Positions 36,196-42,292 of a stretch of 42,292 nucleotides of DNA are shown here, piece by piece. The translations under genes were made by a program, and so were the position numbers. Below the pieces are notes generated by a model. The model was given only the letters and a program-made list of their open reading frames with translations. It ran no database searches and was not told the origin of the DNA. The DNA lies in sequence record NC_041897.1; one strand, given 5' to 3'. This DNA comes from Escherichia phage K1ind1. The stretch's first letter is position 1. The number at the start of each line of letters is the position of its first letter.

Positions 36196-36339
36196 ATGAG
36201 AGAAGCATTCGAACGGTGGGCCGTCGTCGAGGGCCTGCCGGTTAACAAGGGTTCAAAGAAAGAGTACCTGAACGTTAAGACCCGTCTTGCGTGGCGGGCG
36301 TGGAAAGCTGGCGTGCAATCTGTGATGAATAAGGGGTGA
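36196..36339 (+). CDS. small hypothetical protein (47 aa, below ORF-track cutoff)
   Basis: ATG with GAGGAG RBS; fills gap between flanking ORFs. Confidence 0.35.
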   Translation: MREAFERWAVVEGLPVNKGSKKEYLNVKTRLAWRAWKAGVQSVMNKG

Positions 36340-36342
36340 TTT

Positions 36343-36537
36343 ATGGGTGAGTGGATTAAGTGTAGTGAGCGGATGCCGAACGAAGAAGATGTTTTGGTTT
36401 ATTGTTCAGATACAAAAGAGCAGATGGTGGGGTTTCACAAAGGTAAAGGGCTATTTCAATTCTTTTACATGAATGGTGTTGAGGGGGTATGTGAACCAAC
36501 ACACTGGATGCCGTTACCCGAGCCGCCAGAAGTGTGA
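36343..36537 (+). CDS. DUF551-like protein
   Basis: 64 aa; WIKCSERMP ... WMPLPEPP pattern characteristic of the phage-associated DUF551 family. Confidence 0.5.
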   Translation: MGEWIKCSERMPNEEDVLVYCSDTKEQMVGFHKGKGLFQFFYMNGVEGVCEPTHWMPLPEPPEV

Positions 36538-36671
36538 TGTTCAATAGTTTGGGATTTTATTGAGTGACTTACGCTGCTACACAGCAGCGTACAACTTTAA
36601 CTTAGTGTCGTCAAAAGGCGACACTTTCATCAAACGCAACAATCGAAGCGACTATTGCAGGAGATGCAACA

Positions 36672-36845
36672 ATGATTACTAAAGAACAGGCTGAACGACT
36701 AATAACGTTAATCGACACGATGATTGACGTAAAAACCGATTTAGCAACGGCAACAGAGGAATCCGCTACCTGGTCGCTTGAAGAAAGAGAAGCAGAAGCG
36801 GAAAGGGAGTTACTTGCGTTCATCGACTCTATAACACACCAATAA
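36672..36845 (+). CDS. small hypothetical protein (57 aa, below ORF-track cutoff)
   Basis: ATG with AGGAG RBS; competes with a low-complexity antisense ORF. Confidence 0.3.
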   Translation: MITKEQAERLITLIDTMIDVKTDLATATEESATWSLEEREAEAERELLAFIDSITHQ

Positions 36846-36852
36846 AATTTAC

Positions 36853-36881
36853 TTGCACACTAAGATAGAATAGGCTACTAT
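36853..36881 (+). promoter_or_regulatory. sigma70-like promoter TTGCAC-17-TACTAT with AATAG-N4-CTATT palindrome (36869-36882)
   Basis: second plus-strand copy of conserved cassette; GAGGAGAG RBS and ATG 36913 downstream. Confidence 0.5.
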
Positions 36882-36912
36882 TCATTTACACAAACGAGAG
36901 GAGAGACGGAAG

Positions 36913-37128
36913 ATGTTTAATGCAGTGGCGAGATGTTTTCACGCAATTTTCGGTGCTCCGCAAGAAGTATGCACCAAGCATAAATTTGTACTGTCTTGCG
37001 TGGTAGGGGATGAGTTTGATGGGTTCGATAAACTGTTGGTTTGCGACCATTGTGGGCAAGAAGCCATTAAGCACGCAAACGGTAAATTCGAACTAATTAG
37101 CGAGGAAGGGGACGGTGATGGTGAGTAA
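36913..37128 (+). CDS. small Cys-containing protein, zinc-ribbon-like
   Basis: 71 aa; C-x-x-C-like pair CDHCG plus upstream Cys; acidic tail. Confidence 0.4.
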   Translation: MFNAVARCFHAIFGAPQEVCTKHKFVLSCVVGDEFDGFDKLLVCDHCGQEAIKHANGKFELISEEGDGDGE

Positions 37129-37630
37129 CAAAAACGAAGTATTCGAGCACCTGATTGACCAGCTACGGCATCAGGTAAATAACAACCGGTGCGAAGACCT
37201 GGCGCATGAGGTGCAGATTAAGGAGTTGCGGGAAGACAACATTAAGAAATCTGAGCACATATCGCACCTGACCGGGCAAGTTAAGGAGTTGCGTCTGGCA
37301 TTGGCCGAGGCTACTGGTGACGTGGAGGCATACAAACTTATCCGCAAAGGTGCGTACGGTTCGGAGCAATCTGGTTGCCGAAAAGAAGATACGCAGGAAT
37401 GTGACCACAATTGGATTATCGCTCCAGGATTGTTTATTGCCGAAGGCCACAAGGACAACGTGCCCGGTAGCCTGTTTTGCTGCGAATGCGGCAAGCGTGA
37501 GTGGGACGGACTTGAGTATGGGGCAACAGCCTGTACACAGGAGTGCAAACACAGTTTCTATTATGTAATAACAGATGGCTCCGCGCCGTTCGGTACGAAA
37601 GTATGTAAAACGTGTGGGGAATACTTCTGA
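37115..37630 (+). CDS. hypothetical protein with coiled-coil N-terminus and Cys-rich C-terminus
   Basis: 171 aa; CCECG and CKTCG pairs. Confidence 0.45.
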   Translation: MMVSNKNEVFEHLIDQLRHQVNNNRCEDLAHEVQIKELREDNIKKSEHISHLTGQVKELRLALAEATGDVEAYKLIRKGAYGSEQSGCRKEDTQECDHNWIIAPGLFIAEGHKDNVPGSLFCCECGKREWDGLEYGATACTQECKHSFYYVITDGSAPFGTKVCKTCGEYF

Positions 37631-37833
37631 TGACCAGCATCTTATTTATCTGGGTACTGTCGGCGGGCCAGATGCAACTAGCGGCATCGGAAACGTTTTA
37701 TTCGATGGAGGCGTGCCAGTCAGCGGCACGCGCCGCAGAGAACGCGCACTTTCTGTTTCAGGGTGACAAGCCCAACGATTCAGAGGTACGCGCTATCTGC
37801 TCACCTAAGCGACTTGGTAAACAGGAGAAATAA
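37630..37833 (+). CDS. small protein with N-terminal signal/TM segment
   Basis: 67 aa from ATG 37630 (ATGA overlap); MTSILFIWVLSAG hydrophobic N-terminus. Confidence 0.4.
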   Translation: MTSILFIWVLSAGQMQLAASETFYSMEACQSAARAAENAHFLFQGDKPNDSEVRAICSPKRLGKQEK

Positions 37834-38126
37834 TGTCGTTAGCAACTGACATCCTGAAACGAAGCGGCCTTGCGCCGCTGTCGCCGAGAGCGAATACGCG
37901 TATACACAAGCGCCGCCGTAATGCACTGTACCCCGAGATTCAGGCCAGACGCAAAGCGGTACGCGCCTGCGGATTCCAGAACGGGAAGGCTGTGAATCTC
38001 GGTGAGTTTAAAACACAGGAACGCGCAGCAATCGCTAATCGGCTATTTAATTACTGGAAATCGCTTGGATACGATGATATTCCGACGAAACCACAGAGAC
38101 GACAATACATCTGGCGCCATAAATAA
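37833..38126 (+). CDS. hypothetical basic protein
   Basis: 97 aa; R/K-rich. Confidence 0.4.
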   Translation: MSLATDILKRSGLAPLSPRANTRIHKRRRNALYPEIQARRKAVRACGFQNGKAVNLGEFKTQERAAIANRLFNYWKSLGYDDIPTKPQRRQYIWRHK

Positions 38127-38156
38127 ACCGTTATTAAGATAATTCCTAACCGTGCT

Positions 38157-38196
38157 ATCCTCCAGTTACTGCATACTTAATACGCACCTGGAGGAT
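38157..38196 (+). promoter_or_regulatory. hairpin sequestering the holin Shine-Dalgarno
   Basis: 9-bp stem ATCCTCCAG / CTGGAGGAT with 22-nt loop; 3' arm contains GGAGGA RBS located 6 nt before TTG start at 38202. Confidence 0.4.
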
Positions 38197-38201
38197 TCAT
38201 C

Positions 38202-38510
38202 TTGGATAAATTTACTGAAACAGTGACGGGGTGGCTTCTCGCCGCCGCACTGGTCGGTGGATTGGTCGGGCTAAGACAACATAAAAAGTCTATATCCGGG
38301 CCGATTGACGGACTGGTATTTCTTCTCACCGGCTTCGCGTGTGCTATTTTCGGTGCACCTCTTGCCGCTCAATGGTTCGGTATTACCGGTGAGCGTGAGA
38401 TAGCTGGCCTCGGATTCATCATTGCCATTCTCTGGATGCCTATCTATTCCCGCCTTTCTGGCATCGTATCGGGTGGCGATATTGCCCGCCCAGGAGGACC
38501 GCATGACTGA
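38202..38510 (+). CDS. holin-like membrane protein
   Basis: 102 aa; TTG start; three predicted TM segments; immediately upstream of endolysin. Confidence 0.5.
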   Translation: MDKFTETVTGWLLAAALVGGLVGLRQHKKSISGPIDGLVFLLTGFACAIFGAPLAAQWFGITGEREIAGLGFIIAILWMPIYSRLSGIVSGGDIARPGGPHD

Positions 38511-38775
38511 GCTATTCTGGTTTGTCACAATGCTTTCAATGGGCGCTTCGTCCCTGTTCAACGTGTATAATGAACGCGTGGACGACGGGCTGTTCGGGCG
38601 TGTTCTCTATATCCTGACTGCTATCGTCTGTGCCGCCGGATGTATTCACCTGTTACAGGGCAGCATGTCGCCTACGCTGCCTGAGACATTAATCACATTA
38701 GTCGCGCTGCGCCAGATTCGCCAGGCGTGGCTGTCATACGGAGGACATAAGCGTGTCTCGAAATATTTCAGATAA
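38503..38775 (+). CDS. second holin/antiholin-like membrane protein
   Basis: 90 aa from ATG 38503 (GGAGGA RBS); two to three hydrophobic helices; overlaps endolysin start. Confidence 0.4.
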   Translation: MTELFWFVTMLSMGASSLFNVYNERVDDGLFGRVLYILTAIVCAAGCIHLLQGSMSPTLPETLITLVALRQIRQAWLSYGGHKRVSKYFR

Positions 38776-39238
38776 TGGATTGCATTTCTGTGCCGCGTTC
38801 GAGGGATTCCGCGGAACTGCGTATCGCGCTACGCCGAACGAGAAGTACCTGACTATTGGTTATGGTCACTACGGGCCAGACGTAACACCAGGTAAGACCA
38901 TCACACCAGGACAGGGCTTGCTGTTACTGAATCGCGATATGGCTAAGGCTGTAGCTGCTGTTGACGCAGCAGCACACCATTCGCTTACACAGGCACAGTT
39001 CGATGCGGTGTGTGACCTGGTCTATAACGTGGGGGCTGGCGTGATTTCGGCTACTACCGGTACAGGTAAGGCACTGCGCTCCGGTGATATCGCGACGTTA
39101 CGGGCTAAGCTGGCGCTGTTCATCAACCAGAACGGCAAACCACTACTTGGCCTGCGTCGCCGTACAGCCGGGCGTCTGGCGCTGTTCGACGGTAAACCGT
39201 GGCAAGAGGCTGAGGCTATCGGTAGGGCGGTTAAATGA
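38753..39238 (+). CDS. endolysin, GH24 lysozyme (T4/lambda R-like)
   Basis: 161 aa; catalytic-region pattern HFCAAFEGFRGTAYRA ... IGYGHY typical of phage lysozymes. Confidence 0.75.
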   Translation: MSRNISDNGLHFCAAFEGFRGTAYRATPNEKYLTIGYGHYGPDVTPGKTITPGQGLLLLNRDMAKAVAAVDAAAHHSLTQAQFDAVCDLVYNVGAGVISATTGTGKALRSGDIATLRAKLALFINQNGKPLLGLRRRTAGRLALFDGKPWQEAEAIGRAVK

Positions 39239-39367
39239 TGGACGAATACGAAGGCGTTTAGTAAACTTACATCCACGCTGTTTGTGCCTGCATACTAAGC
39301 CCCGGTAAACCCGAAGCAGCAGCCCAAGCGGTGGAGACTGCGTAGGGTTCAGGGGCTTATGCCCGAA

Positions 39368-39396
39368 ACCCGGACCGCGAATCCGGGTTTTATTTT
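39368..39396 (+). terminator. rho-independent terminator
   Basis: ACCCGGA-CCGCGAA-TCCGGGT hairpin followed by TTTTATTTT. Confidence 0.6.
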
Positions 39397-39402
39397 ACCA
39401 AT

Positions 39403-39430
39403 TGACACCTGAGACTAATCCGACGATACT
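39403..39430 (+). promoter_or_regulatory. sigma70-like promoter TTGACA-16-GATACT
   Basis: consensus -35 hexamer read directly; followed 40 nt later by strong terminator. Confidence 0.45.
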
Positions 39431-39469
39431 TAAATCACCTCCTGTTCCATCCCTCTGCTCTCCAGTTTT

Positions 39470-39503
39470 ATCCCGGCCCTTACCCAGCCGGGATTTTTTT
39501 TAT
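39470..39503 (+). terminator. strong rho-independent terminator
   Basis: ATCCCGGC-loop-GCCGGGAT hairpin followed by T8. Confidence 0.65.
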
Positions 39504-39523
39504 CTGTTTTCTGTAATGACTAG

Positions 39524-39552
39524 TTGACTATTACCTTAGACCCTATTATATT
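39524..39552 (+). promoter_or_regulatory. sigma70-like promoter TTGACT-17-TATATT
   Basis: near-consensus hexamers; about 30 nt upstream of ATG 39586. Confidence 0.5.
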
Positions 39553-39585
39553 TACTCCATCGACAACGAGAACGGAGTAGAGAAA

Positions 39586-39735
39586 ATGAAAATCACAGAC
39601 ATCGAAGCATTCAAAGACGCACAACTGATGGCACGCATCGCCGTTAGTAACCTGAGCAACAGCATTCCAGCGGACGCGTTCTGGTTCGCTGCGATGCAGA
39701 CACTTAAAGCAGCTTATGCAGGAGAGAAGAAATGA
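39586..39735 (+). CDS. small hypothetical protein (49 aa)
   Basis: ATG with GGAGTAGAG RBS; below ORF-track cutoff. Confidence 0.3.
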   Translation: MKITDIEAFKDAQLMARIAVSNLSNSIPADAFWFAAMQTLKAAYAGEKK

Positions 39736-39893
39736 GCGAACAAGGCCCAGTAAGCCAGCCGTTACGAGTAGGCCGTAAAGTCAGTCACACCCCGTTCCCG
39801 ACACGCGAGGAACTGATGAAACGTAACAGTTTCCCCGGCCCGGACAAGAACAAGTATCTCAATCGCATGTGGGGAGAGTGTAAAAATGACTGA
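39732..39893 (+). CDS. small hypothetical protein (53 aa)
   Basis: ATGA-coupled to flanking ORFs. Confidence 0.3.
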   Translation: MSEQGPVSQPLRVGRKVSHTPFPTREELMKRNSFPGPDKNKYLNRMWGECKND

Positions 39894-40131
39894 CCGTGAA
39901 TACGAAAAGATGATGGTTGAGGCCGTTAACGGCGGCGCAGACATTAGCCATGTGATGTACGTCCTGAATACTAAAATCGCTGTAGCTGAGCAAATGGTTG
40001 AGTCGCTTTATGAGACGCGCCGTGAACTGATTAACCGCTTCAACCTGAACAAGTGCGAACATGAGTTCGACTACAATCCGAAGGATATGTGCGGGCAGTG
40101 TATTAAATGCGGGGTACAGCGTCATGCCTAA
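39886..40131 (+). CDS. small zinc-ribbon-like protein
   Basis: 81 aa; C-terminal CEHEFDY ... CGQCIKCG. Confidence 0.4.
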   Translation: MTDREYEKMMVEAVNGGADISHVMYVLNTKIAVAEQMVESLYETRRELINRFNLNKCEHEFDYNPKDMCGQCIKCGVQRHA

Positions 40132-40372
40132 AATCACAATCGCATCGCTCGAGCGCCGTATTCTGGTGCTTGAGTCGGAGAAACAGACGCTAGGCGGGCA
40201 ACTGTCGATTAACGGTGAGTACCAGTTAGCCGCATTTAAGGTTCTTCTCATGTTGTTGAGAGGAGAAGAGGAAAAGATGAACGCCTGCGAGCATGATTAC
40301 CGCCTGCATTTAGTTGATGGGGTGCATCGAGCCACGTGCATTAAATGTGGTAAAGCGTATGGAGTCGCCTAA
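40124..40372 (+). CDS. small zinc-ribbon-like protein (paralog of previous)
   Basis: about 82 aa from ATG 40124; C-terminal CEHDYRL ... CIKCG mirrors the preceding gene. Confidence 0.4.
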   Translation: MPKITIASLERRILVLESEKQTLGGQLSINGEYQLAAFKVLLMLLRGEEEKMNACEHDYRLHLVDGVHRATCIKCGKAYGVA

Positions 40373-40541
40373 ACCAGTAGTCATTGACGGCGTCCTGTGG
40401 AAACCTTACTCGGTTAACCACATCGACGCCGACGGGAAGAAGTTCAGCTTCTACATTTTTGCAATTAGCCGGGAACACGCCGCTTGTGTGGTCGACGACA
40501 TACGAGAAACGGCGTGGCTCGGTGATGAGATAGTGGGGTGA
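40359..40541 (+). CDS. hypothetical protein
   Basis: about 60 aa from ATG 40359. Confidence 0.35.
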   Translation: MESPKPVVIDGVLWKPYSVNHIDADGKKFSFYIFAISREHAACVVDDIRETAWLGDEIVG

Positions 40542-40545
40542 GAGT

Positions 40546-40776
40546 ATGTTTCATGAATTAAAGATATTACCTGAGCATTTTGAGCCTGTTTTAGCAGGCG
40601 TTAAGTTGGCGGAACTTCGATTAAACGACCGTAACTTTAAAGTGGACGATACTTTGTGTCTGAGAGAATACGAAAACGGTGGGTACACAGGCCGTATCGT
40701 TTACCGCCGCGTTATTCATGTTGCGGACGTAGGGGCTTACCTACCAGGGTATGTACTATTAAGTATGGAGGATTGA
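40546..40776 (+). CDS. DUF3850 / ASCH (PUA-like) domain protein
   Basis: 76 aa; ELKILPEHFEPVLAGVK..ELRLNDRNFKVDDTLCLRE pattern typical of this phage-associated family. Confidence 0.45.
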   Translation: MFHELKILPEHFEPVLAGVKLAELRLNDRNFKVDDTLCLREYENGGYTGRIVYRRVIHVADVGAYLPGYVLLSMED

Positions 40777-40778
40777 TT

Positions 40779-40862
40779 ATGAGTCTCGAGGTTGTTATCG
40801 GTCTTGTAGCGGCAAGCTATTTTATCGGCGTATTGATTGGGTTTATGTGGGGCCGTAAATAA
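40779..40862 (+). CDS. very small hydrophobic peptide (27 aa), tentative
   Basis: ATG with GGAGGA RBS; single hydrophobic helix; the longer ORF-track version starts inside the upstream gene. Confidence 0.25.
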   Translation: MSLEVVIGLVAASYFIGVLIGFMWGRK

Positions 40863-41143
40863 TGGCACGTACTGTCGCCGCGAGATTCACAGACATTGAA
40901 TCCGCTATTGAAGAAGCCGTTTACAGTAAGTTCTGCAACCCTTCTGCGGTTCATAACTACGGTATTATCATGCGGTACGGTAAGTTTGAAATTCGCAGGG
41001 TGCGCAGCAGTCGCCCGCAAGAGTTTTTATGGACCACAGAAAGCCTTGTCCCTAGATGCCACATCTACACAAGCGGTGCTCATACAGTTTTCGTAGACCT
41101 GGACAAGAAAGATATTACAGTTACTAAGGGAGAGATTAATTGA
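40862..41143 (+). CDS. hypothetical protein
   Basis: 93 aa ORF. Confidence 0.4.
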   Translation: MARTVAARFTDIESAIEEAVYSKFCNPSAVHNYGIIMRYGKFEIRRVRSSRPQEFLWTTESLVPRCHIYTSGAHTVFVDLDKKDITVTKGEIN

Positions 41144-41376
41144 TTACCAGCATTCCGAACCTGATTAAAGAATTTGGCACGATGGCGGAGACATGCCGAC
41201 AAACCGGCATCAACGAAATGACGATTGCGAAGTACAGCAAAGACGTAGATTGTGAACGCCATGTAATTTATAACAATCGTCTGATGACGCACGTTAAGAC
41301 AAGCCCGGTGTTATTCACGCGCCGGGGTATTACTAAAACAGAGCAACGTATTGCTAAAGAGGATAGTGGGGAATGA
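41140..41376 (+). CDS. hypothetical protein, possible HTH
   Basis: 78 aa from TTG (GGGAGAG RBS) or 64 aa from ATG 41182; ETCRQTGINEMTIAKY segment is HTH-like. Confidence 0.35.
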   Translation: MITSIPNLIKEFGTMAETCRQTGINEMTIAKYSKDVDCERHVIYNNRLMTHVKTSPVLFTRRGITKTEQRIAKEDSGE

Positions 41377-41531
41377 TTAGTATTCTGGAGTTCATCGACA
41401 ACCAAGTTTGGTACGAGCCAGAGTTAAATAAGTATTCAGTTAATGGGAAAATATTTCGGCGCAAAGGCCAGGCAGAGCGTTACGCAGCTAAACTATACCG
41501 TCAGCTTGTCAAGGATGGTTTCTTCAAATGA
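41373..41531 (+). CDS. small hypothetical protein (52 aa)
   Basis: ATGA-coupled; below ORF-track cutoff. Confidence 0.3.
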   Translation: MISILEFIDNQVWYEPELNKYSVNGKIFRRKGQAERYAAKLYRQLVKDGFFK

Positions 41532-41632
41532 GACTACTAATCATCCCTAACGCCTGGGCCATTCCCGTAGCTAACGACCATTACGGCGGCGACGGTAAAA
41601 GAGCACCACGCCACGGCCTATACAACTGATAC

Positions 41633-41656
41633 AAGCCCTCTACCGAGGGCTTTTCT
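41633..41656 (+). terminator. rho-independent terminator
   Basis: AGCCCTC-TACC-GAGGGCT hairpin followed by TTTT. Confidence 0.55.
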
Positions 41657-41750
41657 GTACATCCTGCCCAATCACCTTATATAATCCATTTAGACGCGTA
41701 GGGCGCGTCTGGTGCGCTCTGATGGTCAGACGCATATGCAAGGGGATTAT

Positions 41751-42292
41751 ATGAAGCTGAAACTCAAGCAGCCATCGCCAGAGGTGGTGCAAGCTGCACA
41801 TGAAGAAGCTGTTAGCGCAAACCGCCGACGTAAACGACCGCGCGGTAAACAGAGCCTTTATCAATCGTCCCGTAATTCCGCAGCGTTGTGGGACCCGGAC
41901 TATTGCGACGCGTTAATCGAGTTCTTCGACCGCACGTCATGGGAACTGGTGCCTACATCTAAGGGTGACGAACGCCCACTGATTCAGGATAAACCGCCGT
42001 CACTGGCCCGCTTTGCCTTACACATCGGCGTCACTATCCCTATTATTAAGCTATGGCTGCGTGAGATTCCAGCATTCGCAGAAGCCTGGGAGACCGCACA
42101 GGCACTGGAAGAGGCATACTTCACTGAGACCGGGGCCGCGGGCATCTCGGCTACATTTGCTGCCGCTAAGCTGAGCCTCGGCAAAGAGAAACCAGTTGAA
42201 TCCACCGAAGAAACGGTACCGACCGAGATTATTTTTAGTGTTGCAGAGCCTGTAGGTAAAATTGTAACAACGAATATGGGTGAGGTAGAGGA
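41751..42292 (+). CDS. terS: terminase small subunit (3' end runs off the window; closes onto position 1-4 if the molecule is circular)
   Basis: ORF open to the window edge with AAGGGGA RBS; position directly upstream of terL; at least 180 codons; the ORF was absent from the track because no stop lies inside the window. Confidence 0.55.
   Translation, partial: MKLKLKQPSPEVVQAAHEEAVSANRRRKRPRGKQSLYQSSRNSAALWDPDYCDALIEFFDRTSWELVPTSKGDERPLIQDKPPSLARFALHIGVTIPIIKLWLREIPAFAEAWETAQALEEAYFTETGAAGISATFAAAKLSLGKEKPVESTEETVPTEIIFSVAEPVGKIVTTNMGEVE

Noticed and set aside
36611-36823. 70-aa minus-strand ORF rich in Ser/Ala/Val
   Set aside because: Low complexity and antisense to a plus-strand small ORF that has an RBS; the operon here runs rightward.
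39297-39358. Possible tRNA or tRNA-like element in the GC-rich segment after the endolysin
   Set aside because: No T-loop (GTTCRANYC) motif, no acceptor-stem/anticodon architecture; long-range pairing AAGCCCC/GGGGCTT alone is insufficient.
1-42292. Integrase, excisionase-attachment module or large CI-type repressor indicating a temperate lifestyle
   Set aside because: No tyrosine/serine recombinase-like ORF and no attP-like repeats were seen; the only regulators are a 71-aa Cro-like and a 56-aa AlpA-like protein, so lysogeny cannot be claimed.
1-42292. CRISPR arrays, rRNA genes, transposases or IS elements
   Set aside because: No regularly spaced direct repeats and no transposase-like ORFs were found by visual inspection.

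Overview
The window reads as a complete, circularly permuted genome of a tailed dsDNA phage (siphovirus-like, about 42.3 kb, enterobacterial-type codon usage and GC), linearised at the terminase large-subunit start codon. All product calls below come from motifs read by eye in the six-frame translations; no database search was run. Layout: (1) a rightward morphogenesis block 1-23996 (large terminase, portal, head morphogenesis, Ig-like decoration proteins, scaffold, major capsid, connector/neck proteins, major tail, tail chaperones with a putative -1 frameshift, tape measure, lambda M/L/K/I-J-like tip proteins, beta-helix tailspike); (2) a leftward replication block 24032-34909 (SF2 helicase, C5-cytosine methyltransferase, VRR-NUC nuclease, proofreading family-A DNA polymerase, Cas4/RecB-like Fe-S nuclease, primase-helicase, AlpA-like regulator) with a Cro-like HTH gene inserted rightward at 31959; (3) a rightward block of small early genes 35407-38126 ending in holin-like genes and a GH24 endolysin (38202-39238); (4) further small genes and the small terminase, which runs off the window end and closes onto position 1. 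The most unusual element is a leftward four-gene island (11380-13776) embedded between the major tail gene and the tail chaperones: an Imm-type membrane protein, an HTH-metallophosphoesterase fusion, a HAD phosphatase and a P-loop nucleotide/polynucleotide kinase, driven by a copy of the early promoter cassette. A 14-bp palindrome AATAG-N4-CTATT sits in the spacer/-10 region of five promoter-like sites, with a sixth imperfect copy. No tRNA, CRISPR array, integrase or transposase was seen.
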